64,000 bases of DNA from Basidiobolus meristosporus CBS 931.73 (taxonomy: Eukaryota > Fungi > Basidiobolomycota): assembly GCA_002104905.1 (NCBI GenBank), contig MCFE01000265.1:43915-107914 (forward strand), read 5' to 3'. Numbering within the stretch: the stretch's first letter is position 1; each line of letters begins with the position of its first letter. Made by a program: the position numbers and the translations under genes. Shown one piece after another: positions 51,429-62,684 of this stretch. Under the pieces are notes generated by a model. The model had not been told where the DNA came from and searched no databases. It worked only from the letters and a program-made list of their open reading frames with translations.

Positions 51429-52009
51429 ATATTTTATGCAAGGCTGAGAGCTCTAAAGATTTGGTAAAGGAAAGTCAGGTAGTTGGAAGAGTTCAAGAAT
51501 AAAGCCCACTCAAGCCAGAGAGAGGAGCATGAGATTTTCATGGTTGGCAGTAATTCATGTGCAATCACTTAGCTTAGGCTTTACTAGCATATTCCATAGA
51601 TTGATTTACATAGTAGACTATACAGGAGTGTCCAGGAGAAGCAACAGCATCCAGAATCCACCAATCATCTTGCTGGTAAAGCAGTAAGTATGAATATATT
51701 AGCAGTTTGAGTATTTTAATATCTTACTAAAGGAGCACCATTGAGTAAGAAAGTACAGTGGTGAAAATACCTAGATATAACTGTTAACTTGAGCAAAATG
51801 ACCAGTATATGTCAATCAATACCAACATGAAATATTGTATTAGTTCTGTTGGAGGACATGGACTTGGAATTGTGAAAAGGAGATTCTCTATGGATGTAGG
51901 GAGCACACAGGAATTGAGGTAATTTTCGCGATATTAAATGTTCCTATTGGTTGCTTAACAATTAGCCAAAATGATGAAATGCTATGGAAAGTACATCGAG
52001 TGTGATGTG

Positions 52010-52620
52010 GTCGAAAGCACTGTTGTCATTGGGAGGTCAACGAGATTACCTCGGAAATTTCGGCATTCCAAAACAAAAATCACCAGGAAATACAACAGTT
52101 GTCCGCCCATGGTTGTGTAATGGGACAGAGGCCGATCTGTACTCCCAAACAATAAATTGATTATGAGGTGTGCTACGCTGCTTTCATCACCCTTCTACTA
52201 CTACCAACAACAATACATCTCGAATACCCCGATCATCGATTACAAAAGATTTGGAAGGATTGGATGCATATCTGTCGAATCAATCACCCAAATCAATTTG
52301 AGGTACCGCTACATTCCCTTTCCAGTAATTTCCCGGGAGAGCAGAAGTCACTACTCAAGAACATGTCATAAAGCCGTATACCGGAAATCTGAGTCGATGC
52401 CTACAGCTCATAGCCTGCACATGGTGGTTACTTGGAGACAGCTGGTGGAGAGGTTGGGTAAAACCCCCCAAGAAGGCCCCAAAATCTACGTAATCCTTAC
52501 CCAAATCCACCACCAGTCTATGATTTCATGGTAATTCACCGAATGCTCCAAAAACGTCACCCAAGCGCCAAATCATCCCATCAATGAAGGCCCCTCGTCT
52601 CCTGACCACCAATGATCGTC
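52010..52620 (+). pseudogene. Probable heavily decayed PMA relic upstream of copy 4
   Basis: Collinear short matches to PMA: ESTVVI/EYTLVI, PMVV/TMAV, tgtgctacg/tgtgctccg, EGLDAY/KGMDAI, ctcaagaacatgtcataaag/ctcaagaacttggtcttaag, YTGN/LTGD, KIY/NIY, PSMK/PSLK. Requires several deletions. Confidence 0.45.
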
Positions 52621-54008
52621 AGGATGGTGAGAAATCAAGAAATCCATTTATCAGCGCATAAATAAATAACCCATGGACTCAGACCTATAGCTCATCTCCC
52701 AAATATGGCAGGATGATGGGATCTGTTTAGCAAGAATTCTGCCAAATCGGGTAGTGCGTTTTAACACTGTCAGGACCAGATATGGTGCGGCCGGCCAAAT
52801 CCGTGAATACCATAACAGCAGCACTGACCTCTGAACGGAGGAAACGGAGGTGCTAATGGAGATTCACCGAGATGCTTTCTGCGAATCGCGAGGGGCTGGG
52901 TGGGAGCATCGTGAAAATGGGCTCTTTTGACATGTTTGACTTGGTTGTTCCTGGAGCTAAATCCCTTTTGGCAATCATGAGAATGATCCGTGTCTGGATT
53001 GCCAGCTACTTAATTGGTCTCTTTATTCTCGAATAGCCATGGGAATCGGTCTTGACAGCCAAGCTGTTAATAGGACGAATCCGCTTTTATTGGCTCATCC
53101 AGTCAGATTGTTGTTGTGATAAGAGGGAGGGAGAGAGGGAGAGGAAGACCGCCACAGAGAGCCCCTGCAACAATGGCCAGCCAACCTCATTATCAAGTAG
53201 GCCTTGCTTGTGGTGGGCCAGGGAGCAGTGGTGGATGAGGGCCGAGGATGTAATTTTGCGGGATGGCTAAAATATCACCCAACGGCTAAATGGAATGTCG
53301 ATGATAAAGTTGAAGTGCATTAGTCAGGCAACCACATGGAGATTCTTAAAGCTTCCTTAAACTAACCTTAACTTTAACATATTTCTTATAGAATCACCTT
53401 AATCCTGCGAAGAATGGATGGGATTTGGTCGGAAAGTGTCATATGTGGCAGATGGTTCCAAAAATGACATTTCGAAGATTCATATACCATATGCGTGGTC
53501 AGCAATTCGAATTAAGGTGGGACAAGGGCCAAATTTGGGAATGATGCCATGGGCATTACGCAGTTACACCTCCAAATTTATTACAAACATGCGTCTCCTT
53601 TTGTTCGGTGGCATCCAAGAAAAGGTCGGCACGAGGGAATTGAATCCATCCACCACTGTAATCGATTTTCCCCGAAGAGGGCGGATGGCCATCTCGCTTC
53701 GACCCCCCCCTGCCATGGGTGGAACCGAAAATACCCATTGCCCTTCCGAATTCATGAGGCTTACCAGCGAAATGGATAAACCCTCAGATATTATGGATGG
53801 ATTGGGAGCATTGATTTTGCTCTAGTACAGTTACACAGCGTCGCACAGGTATCATCCATGATCCGCCGAGTATGGCGGCTGAAATTTTAGCAGGCTCTCT
53901 CCACTCATGTTACAGATCACCAATATGGCAGATTCAAGATCAGTTCAATACTGGATGCTGCCCTGAAAGGACATCCATGTTTTCTAACGTCATTCGCACC
54001 CAAACCCT

Positions 54009-54015
54009 TATATAA
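54009..54015 (+). promoter_or_regulatory. Putative TATA box of PMA copy 4
   Basis: TATATAA ~132 nt upstream of ATG 54147, followed by a pyrimidine-rich leader. Confidence 0.5.
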
Positions 54016-54146
54016 GCGAAATCCCTGGCCGTTCAAATGTCATCTGCAATTGTTATCTCATATCCATAGAGTTGCCATCCCTTTCCACCCCCAACTCATC
54101 CCCCTGCTATTACTCATAGAAATCTCTCTTGTCGAAGAGCAAGAAA

Positions 54147-57014
54147 ATGTCTGAGAAACAAGACACTGCTGCCCCAGCAAACCAAGGGTCCGTTCAGTTT
54201 CAGGCTGATCAGCCAGTTCCCGATCGCCAGGTCAACCGTGAAAGCTTGGCGGGAACCGATTCCACATTCGCTGACAACGAAAATGGCAACAGACACCTTA
54301 ACGCCGCCACTCCCCTAAGCAAGAAAGACACCCAGCAATCCGCCGCTGCCATCTCGATCATGAGCGACTACGACTGGAGTGACGAAGAAGAGATCCCTGA
54401 AGAGGACGAAGACAGCGACGAGCCCAGAGAATATGTGATTCCCGAGGAGCTGTTGCAAACCGATCCCACCAAGGGACTGACTTCCGCTGAAGTTGAGACC
54501 CGTAGAAAGAAGTACGGCCTTAACCAGCTCTCCATTGAGAGCGAGAACAAAATCGTCAAGTTTTTCATGTTCTTCTGCGGCCCCATTCAGTATGTGATGT
54601 GGGTTGCCGCCTGTCTTGCCGGTGGTCTCCAAGACTGGGTTGATCTTGGTGTGATCATCGGTCTGCTTTTGCTTAACGCCTTCGTCGGATTCATCCAAGA
54701 ATACCAAGCCGGAAATATCATCGATCAATTGAAGCAAACCTTGGCTCTCACCGCTGTTGCTGTAAGAGACGGTCAAGAGAAAGACGTTGAGGCCAACACC
54801 CTAGTTCCTGGAGATATCATTCTTGTCGAAGATGGTACCATTGTTCCCGCTGATGCTCGTGTGCTCGGGGAGGATTCCCGGTTGCAAGTAGACCAATCTG
54901 CTCTTACTGGTGAATCATTGGCCGCTTCCAAGGGACCCGGAGATGAGCTTTTCAGTAGTTCTGCCATCAAACGTGGTAGAGCCTACGCTGTTGTCACTGC
55001 TATTGGTGAGAAGACTTTCGTTGGCCGTGCTGCTACTCTGGCTGGTAAAGCTAGCGGAGGTGGTCACTTCACTGAAGTCATCAACGGCATCGGAACTGTT
55101 CTTCTTGTCTTGGTCGTCATCTGGTTGTTGATTATCTGGATCTCCGGCTTCTACCGTTCCACCGGCATCGTTAAACTTCTTGAGTATACTCTTGTCATCA
55201 CCGTTGTCGGTGTGCCTGTAGGTCTTCCCGCTGTGGTCACCACCACCATGGCTGTAGGTGCCGCTTTCCTAGCCAAGAAAAAGGCCATTGTTCAAAAGTT
55301 GACCGCCATTGAATCCCTTGCCGGTGTTGAAATCCTGTGCTCCGACAAGACCGGTACCCTTACCCAAAACAAGCTTACCCTTCACGACCCTTACTGTGTC
55401 GAAGGTGTTGACGACGAGATGCTGATCTTCGTGTCTGCCTTGGCCGCTTCCCGTAAGAAGAAGGGTATGGATGCCATCGATAAAGCCGTTATCAAGGCCC
55501 TAGGCAAATACCCACAGGCCCGCATGAAGATGAGAGAATACCGTATCCAAGAGTTCCAACCCTTCGATCCCGTTTCCAAGAAGGTTGTCGCCAAGGTTAT
55601 CGATCCCGAGGGCAACAAGTGCATTGCTGTCAAGGGTGCCCCACCATTCGTTCTTCGCATGGTCCAAGAGGAGAGCAACCTTGATCCTGCCATTGCCCAG
55701 AAGTACGAAGAGGTGGTTGCTGAATTCGCTGACCGTGGCTTCAGAGGCTTGGGTATTGCCTGGTATACACCCGCTAACGGTTGGCAGATTCTTGGCATCT
55801 TGCCCCTCTTCGATCCCCCTCGTTATGATACTGGTAAAACCATTGCTGAGGCTCAAGAACTTGGTCTTAAGGTGAAGATGCTTACTGGTGATGCCGTTGG
55901 CATTGCCAAGGAAACTGCTCGCCAGCTGAGAATGGGCACCAACATCTACAATGCGGACAAACTCGGTATGACCCAAGGTGGTGCCTCCGGCTCTGGTGAA
56001 ATGACTGGCTCTGAGCTATACGATTTCGTCGAGGCCGCTGATGGATTTGCCGAGGTGTTCCCCGAACACAAGTATCATGCAGTCGACATCCTCCAAAAGC
56101 GTGGCTACCTTGTTGCTATGACTGGTGATGGTGTCAACGACGCCCCATCATTGAAGAAGGCTGATACCGGTATTGCTGTGGAAGGCTCTAGCGATGCTGC
56201 TCGCAGTGCCGCCGATATCGTGTTCTTGGCCCCTGGTTTGGGAGTGATCATCGATGCTATCAAGACTTCTCGCCAGATTTTCCACCGTATGTACGCCTAC
56301 ATCATCTACCGTATCGCCTTATCCCTACATCTTGAGATCTTTTTGACCACCGCCATGGTCATCCTTGATGAAACCATCAACGTCGAGCTTGTTGTATTCA
56401 TTGCCATTTTCGCCGATATTGCCACCCTGATGGTTGCTTACGATAACGCTCCCTTCTCCGCAACCCCCGTCAAATGGAATCTTCCCAAACTCTGGGGTCT
56501 TTCGGTCATCATGGCCATTATCCTGGCCGCCGGTACCTGGATCATCTACACCACCACCATGGTCCCCGGACAAGGTGTCATCCAGAACTGGGGTGGTGCA
56601 CAGCAGGTCATGTTCCTTGAAGTCGTTCTCACTGAGAATTGGTTGATTTTCATCACTCGATTGAATACCTCTTTCTTCGACAGCTTGCCTTCCTGGCAGT
56701 TGGCCGGTGCGGTATTCGTGGTCGACATCCTCGCCTCCATCTTCGCCATCTTCGGTTGGTTCACTGGCGTTGACACCGACATCGTTACCGTCGTCCGTAT
56801 CTGGCTCTTCTCGTTCGGAGTGTTCTGCGTGATGGCATTGGTCTACATGATCCTCTCCAACTCGGTTCCCTTCGACCGTATTGTGCACGGCAAGTCCCCC
56901 AAGGCAAAGAAGAATAGAAGCCTCGAGGACTTCATGCTGGAGATGGCTCGAGTTTCCAATAGACATGAATACCAACGAGTGCCCAAGCACGAGTCTCTCA
57001 CCCCAAGCGACTAA
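54147..57014 (+). CDS. PMA1: Plasma-membrane P3A-type H+-ATPase, copy 4 (955 aa, intronless)
   Basis: All P3A motifs; first ATG is 54147 (the track start 54129 is TTG); longer N-terminus; many C-ending codons. Confidence 0.97.
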   Translation: MSEKQDTAAPANQGSVQFQADQPVPDRQVNRESLAGTDSTFADNENGNRHLNAATPLSKKDTQQSAAAISIMSDYDWSDEEEIPEEDEDSDEPREYVIPEELLQTDPTKGLTSAEVETRRKKYGLNQLSIESENKIVKFFMFFCGPIQYVMWVAACLAGGLQDWVDLGVIIGLLLLNAFVGFIQEYQAGNIIDQLKQTLALTAVAVRDGQEKDVEANTLVPGDIILVEDGTIVPADARVLGEDSRLQVDQSALTGESLAASKGPGDELFSSSAIKRGRAYAVVTAIGEKTFVGRAATLAGKASGGGHFTEVINGIGTVLLVLVVIWLLIIWISGFYRSTGIVKLLEYTLVITVVGVPVGLPAVVTTTMAVGAAFLAKKKAIVQKLTAIESLAGVEILCSDKTGTLTQNKLTLHDPYCVEGVDDEMLIFVSALAASRKKKGMDAIDKAVIKALGKYPQARMKMREYRIQEFQPFDPVSKKVVAKVIDPEGNKCIAVKGAPPFVLRMVQEESNLDPAIAQKYEEVVAEFADRGFRGLGIAWYTPANGWQILGILPLFDPPRYDTGKTIAEAQELGLKVKMLTGDAVGIAKETARQLRMGTNIYNADKLGMTQGGASGSGEMTGSELYDFVEAADGFAEVFPEHKYHAVDILQKRGYLVAMTGDGVNDAPSLKKADTGIAVEGSSDAARSAADIVFLAPGLGVIIDAIKTSRQIFHRMYAYIIYRIALSLHLEIFLTTAMVILDETINVELVVFIAIFADIATLMVAYDNAPFSATPVKWNLPKLWGLSVIMAIILAAGTWIIYTTTMVPGQGVIQNWGGAQQVMFLEVVLTENWLIFITRLNTSFFDSLPSWQLAGAVFVVDILASIFAIFGWFTGVDTDIVTVVRIWLFSFGVFCVMALVYMILSNSVPFDRIVHGKSPKAKKNRSLEDFMLEMARVSNRHEYQRVPKHESLTPSD

Positions 57015-57850
57015 TCCCCGCTCGCCGAACCCTCTATATCGCATTAATCTTTTTGTTTTTGCATTCCCACGCAGCCCCCACCAGTATGCACTAATCTTCC
57101 TATTCTATATATCGCCATCTCCTACATGTGTATCGTTATGGTTCCCTTCTTAATAAAGCACTCGCTTATAATTCAATGGTGTTTGCATCGGATCGTTAAC
57201 CTCATCGCTTGGACAGCTCATGGCGATCAGTACCATGTGTGCGGGGAGCATCCCTCCCGAATATCCGTCCCCCATCTCACCCGCGTGTTGTCAAGACCAA
57301 CATAGCAATCCATGGGTCATCCGTCGTCCACCGGCATCCTGATCAAGTCAAAAAGTGAGTCGAGGGATACGGCCACTCGCAATGAGTCAACGGCGGCAAC
57401 ATACGGTTACTCTGGAACCGAAACTACAGAACGCCAAATCGATTCATACCGGTTCCCCCTTTTTCTGACATCCCATCCCAATGTCACGTTCTAGGTGGTA
57501 ACACAGCTCGCTAGGGCGAACGGTTTTGGTATTTCCAGTCAGATCGCATGATGCCATCCGAAAAGCTGACCCTCGACACCCTTCCCAAATCCGGATCCCC
57601 CTCCACGTGTCCAATACAGTGAATTTAATGGTTGAGGCCTCAAGGGAACTGGGATCCCATGACCATAATCATGACGATCCTCAAATCGGTCATTATTTGG
57701 GCATGAAATAGGCGGCATCTCCTTACAAATCACCTGTGAAATGAGAATGGGGGATTTCTTGGATCGCGAATGGGAGCAACTGGGTAGATTGAGCATAGGG
57801 CTAGGGTTAGGGATGGTCACTGATACGATCATGGGATGGTGGGTGCATTC

Positions 57851-57883
57851 CAGTGATTTCGCAGTGATTTCGCAGTGATTTCG
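57851..57883. repeat. 3 x 11-bp perfect tandem repeat CAGTGATTTCG
   Basis: Read directly. Confidence 0.95.
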
Positions 57884-59886
57884 GGAAAACCAGTTCCAGT
57901 GATTGATCGGAAAATGTCCTCCAGAATAGGTGGCACAATGTGATGGAGATGGGTGATACAGAGATGGAATCCTCTGGAGTAAGAGTTGCTGCGATTTTCC
58001 CAAAGATAAGAACCTCCTCAACGATTACCATCCGCTTAGCGCCTATCAAGCTGTTTACAATAGCAATGGCGAATTCGAGTGTAGCGCGGTGTCTATTTAG
58101 GAAGGCGGCCAGGTGCTCCCAAATCAACCCTCCTTTCCTTGCAGTTGTTTTCGGGAATGGCGGTCGCTGAACTTCCGGCAGCAAATTGGATTGCATTATC
58201 AATCGCCGTCAGCATGTTGCTAAGTAAGGTGTAGGATAAAGCTTGTTTTCTGGTCTGCTTCGTGTCCTATCGCCGCATACCATCCTTGCACAACAGCGCA
58301 TTGGTCCGTGGGGTGTCTTGAGCCGCCCCTTTCTCTTTTATTTTTGATCTCTAATGAGCGTGATCGTTATCAGCCGCGTTTGGTGTCGCACACTTCTAGG
58401 TCCACAGTGTATCAGCTACTTTACGGGCGAACACTGGCCGATGCTCACTAATTAGTGCACACGCCGTGAGTAGAAGATTAGGTTTGATATCGGCCTCGAT
58501 ATGTGCATATGGATGTGTAATTCAACGTTAAGCCTTAATGTGAGCACAATAAAGTATTAGCAAGGATCTGTATAGTATCTTAATCCACCTTCTCTACTGA
58601 CATCATCCAAGGGAGACTTGAGACGACGGTCGGAACTTGGGTAAACCTTACTACGGTTTAGCTGCGTAGAAATGGTTCCGGCTCCGTGGAAAAGAGCATC
58701 CCACTCTATCGAATGCTACCCCACACGCCCAGTGGCGAAACTTTAATGATCGTGGCGTGTAAAAATAAGGTTGCTGTGGTTGCTTGGTCATGGCATTGTA
58801 TCTACCTTATGGTCATTACGCCAAATCAATACTATGATATTCCTCGTTCACCGTGTACCGCAGTGGTAGCAGCTGACATCAACATCCCATATACACATAT
58901 TACGCCAGCGTTGTCTTATAATGGTGAAGTGCTATATTCTATTATATGGGGACAACTATATGACTATGAAGAGGGATGCACCTCCTGTAAGAACATGTGG
59001 GATTCCCTCACCATGGACGAAATATCGGAGCTCTGGTGTGATGCGCAACTAGCGGGATTTTCCTGGCTTTTTAGCATCTGAGTATTCCGAAACAACAAAG
59101 TCGATGTAATAATAATTCGTCGTATGCAGCAACATAGCCTTGCTAGTGTATCACTTTAATGGCAAGGACTGAATCCTCACCATTAGGAGAGGTTGGCTTT
59201 ATCCATTGTTAGCAGTTTCGAAACGCACCATTGAGTGGTGTTCCAAATTCCTAAATTACCGTGGAAATTTCCGCAGGCATCCATGTACCCCCCAAATCAG
59301 GCGCACTCTGGTTTGGTGGGTAATATCAGCTTGAACCACATCTATTAACCCTGATTATCTCCCCAGCAGCACTTACTATTCAATTTTCTCCTAGCGCTTT
59401 GGATTCACTTGATATGACTACCCTCAGTTGATATGAATACCTTTTGCAATTGTTGACAGTATAATTCAGATTGCCTAACCCAGTATTATTACTACTCGCG
59501 ATATTTCTTACCCTTGGAGCACATAATCCTTATACATGATGCAAGGTTGTTTGCAATTTCAAAGGGGCAAGCTATATATTTCACATTTTGTGGATCAATT
59601 TTAAAATGAGGATATCACAATGATTGGAAGCTCTTGGAGTGGCCTAAATTCTCCCTAAACCTGCTTATAGTCTAATGTAGATATCAAAGAAGGCATAAAC
59701 TCACAAGCATAAAGCCATTCAATATATATGGGCTATATACTTTAGTAAGCTCATGCAAATATGCTCATTACTTGTATTTGCAACATTCACCCAGCTTTAT
59801 CTTGCCTCATCCACCTAAATTAGAGTTTCCCACTCATTCTGGCCACTAAAACCAGCTTCCCATCAGACAAACTGGGGGAATACATT

Positions 59887-60523
59887 AGACTTGTTCCATT
59901 GGATAGTACCACATTGAGCCATGAGTGCCAATTGATACCATGGTGTGCCAGGGAGGCCAAATGGACCTATACTTGGCCACAGAGTGTGAAACATAGTTAT
60001 ACATTGTCATGCAAAGCAGCCCCTGTGTTTCACCCATTGTGCTGGAGAAAATCCATTTTTTAATCTTTTTTTTGGGATGGATGTTGCACATGATGTGTAA
60101 GAGCACAGAAGGACTGAAGACATTCATCTGGTACTCAATACATATAGCACTCTGAATCCAGCTCCTGTGGCTTATAACATATCACAAAAATGCATGGCAC
60201 TATCTGGCACAATATTTCAATATTAACCTTAAAGTAAGATCTATACAAAGCACTTATAGTGCCAGATAGCTCCAGTGGACCAAGATAGTGTTTACTCCTT
60301 CTGTCCTCTTACACATCATACACAACATTCATCCCAAAAAAAAGGTTAAAAAATGGATTTTCTCCAGCACAATGGGTGAAACACAGGGGCTGCTTTGCAT
60401 GACAATGTATAACTATGCTTCACACTCTGTGGCCAAGTATAAGTCCACATTGGCCTCCCTGGCACACTATGGTATCATTTGGCACTCATGGCTCAATGTG
60501 GCACTATCCAACAGAACAAGTCT
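59887..60523. mobile_element. 637-bp fold-back MITE of the Pangu-like family
   Basis: ATT|AGACTTGTTC...GAACAAGTCT|ATT; ~235-bp inverted arms, roughly 90-95% identical. Confidence 0.92.
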
Positions 60524-61449
60524 ATTGTAAGCACTGTTGAACAGCCACTGCAGTCTACTCCAAGGGAGATCCCTGGTCAAGCTGCTCTGCTAATGTAATA
60601 GCTACTTCACAGCAAGCTGAATCAAGCTTGGAAGCAAGGCTACATGCACACCAATGTTCAGTAACAGGATCTATCTTACATATACTCCTAATATCTCTTT
60701 AGCATGAGCTTGAATACCATTAAGGGGAAATGACACACTGATCCATACAGCAACATAGCTGACTGACTGAGGCTACAGACAAAGCTGGATATAGAGGACT
60801 ATATGATATGCTTAACTTAGGGCAGTCATCCAGAATTCCCTTTGGAACTCAGCCAGTTAGTTCCAGGTAGTTCTTGGAAATCTATTTGTTATCTACCTGA
60901 TATCAATCTTCCAACCCCACAATAGGAGCCCACCTTAAGCACTGAGATAAGTGGCTAATATTACAGTGGTGCTGGATTAATCACTGATGCATTCTCCACT
61001 GTGCATTCACAGTAATGGTATGCAGGATGTTGGGGAAGAAATGGTAATGCGCAAAAGCTGACAGATAGAACACACCAATAGATTGCAAGTTCATCTCCAC
61101 TGAGCACCTCATCTCAAGGCCACCACCTCTAGGAGTCTGCCAGAGAATTGACATTTCCTCATTATCAAGCAGTGGAGTATAAATTGCAGTTAATCTCTGT
61201 TGGGGCCAGTCATATTAAAAATTGTGACAATTTGCTGGGGCAAAAGCTTCCCATTGTACATGCTGCATTTGCACTTCAGCAGTGTCCCAGTGATGATTCC
61301 AAGTAACTATGAGGCATCTCAAGCTCTAAGAGCCCCTTGAAATACCTGATATATCCAAAGATTTGGCAAAACATGCCTTAGTACCAATATCTGTAATAGT
61401 GTTTACAAGTGCTGACCATAATCATTATGGACATGAAATACTGTCAGTG

Positions 61450-62330
61450 CTAGGACTGGATTACCAAGATGCATACCTACTCAGGCTCATTATGAAGAAA
61501 TGCAAGCTTGGAACTCATTTGATAATTTGCTGGTTTTTTAATCATAACTAACTGGTATTCAGCAGTTGCTTCCCCTTCATATTTCTGGTTATAATATCTG
61601 GCAAAAGTAGTTTGCAGCTGTGTACCAAGCCTACTATGACTGCAAGTTGGCCCAGTATCCTCCTGCAACATCTTTCTTCTTATTGATACAATATCTAGAA
61701 CATGATATACTTAGTATTGTGAGCTTAGAGAAACCTTGAATCCAGCTGGCTTTGTGGTGGTTTTCAATTGGTATTTTCCTTGTTATTCTTCTAAGGGGTG
61801 GTGTTGAGCTAGAGCAGTGGGAAGCATTGCTGCCATAGGCTGACATTGCAGAATGTTTCATCCAGTAGTGATATGATGGTGCTTGAGCCCAAAAGGGAAA
61901 TATGTCCAGTACTCCTGATGTTGGTAGAGTATAAGTTCTCAAAGAAGAAATTTATAAAAGGGCAGCAGAATACTGCCTTAATATATGCTGTTTTTCAGAT
62001 TTCTCAGCACTACCAACTTTCTGTGACTCAGGTGCTATTCATTGTATGCAAGCAGCATAGGTTTTAAGAGCAGACTAGGCCAGCTAGCACTTAGATTAAC
62101 TTTGTAATGAACTACTTGTCACCTTGACAAAAATGCAAGCAAGAACTTGAAGGAAAAGCACCAGCTGAATGCTAGCAGAGTACTGGGAAAATAACTGCTC
62201 CCCACACATCTGCTCAATGGGAGACTCCCTAATGATGAAGTAAGGTACAATATGTGGGTTATTACTGACTGTACTTGGTGAGTGGGAGAGCTTGTAGGTC
62301 AAGTCAGTACCACTTGGTTCAGAATAGCTT
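61450..62330 (-). mobile_element. Possible degenerate gypsy integrase remnant in a CpG-poor patch
   Basis: Weak words only (ARYYNQK...YQLVMIKK...SSKLA; HHITTG). Confidence 0.3.
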
Positions 62331-62467
62331 CCAATAGAAGGTAGCAAGGTAATAAAGACTTCTGTTTATTTTGTCCAAATCTCGTTGTTCTTCCTGGTTC
62401 AATTGGGTAGATATATATATCACTTGGGGGGGGCTTAGACAATAGACAATGTGTTATAAAATAGGGG

Positions 62468-62640
62468 TGTGAACCCATTCCTGTTATGGTAAGTGTTCTA
62501 ACTAGATAAGGGCAGGGATAGGAGGGGAGGACGCGTGGGGGAATCATAGGGAGGGTACTGGAGGACTTCGGGTAGGACTCTGGAGGGAACTCTTGGGAGA
62601 ACTCTTGGGCGAAGAGTGGGTACTACATTGAGTACTCACA
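62468..62640. mobile_element. LTR-like 173-bp segment
   Basis: TGTGA...TCACA ends, preceded by purine-rich AAATAGGGG, G-rich interior with GAACTCTTGGG twice; no partner LTR in the window. Confidence 0.4.
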
Positions 62641-62684
62641 TATCCCGGGGGTTAAGTGGGAGCTTTGTCCTTGAAGTTCTTTGA

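Larger units (their letters stand above)
15360..51920. other. CpG-depleted nested transposon island (~36.5 kb)
   Basis: CG dinucleotides nearly vanish between ~15360 and ~51920, except in a few patches, but are common in the flanking genes; content is almost entirely TE-derived. Confidence 0.9.

Noticed and set aside
53052-53825. Short ORFs and a GA-rich tract upstream of PMA copy 4
   Set aside because: No recognisable domains; consistent with promoter sequence.
54315-57044. Minus-strand ORFs up to 239 aa within PMA copy 4
   Set aside because: Antisense shadows of a GC-rich, codon-biased gene.
58686-59081. 131-aa ORF with GTG start
   Set aside because: No motif or codon-bias support visible.
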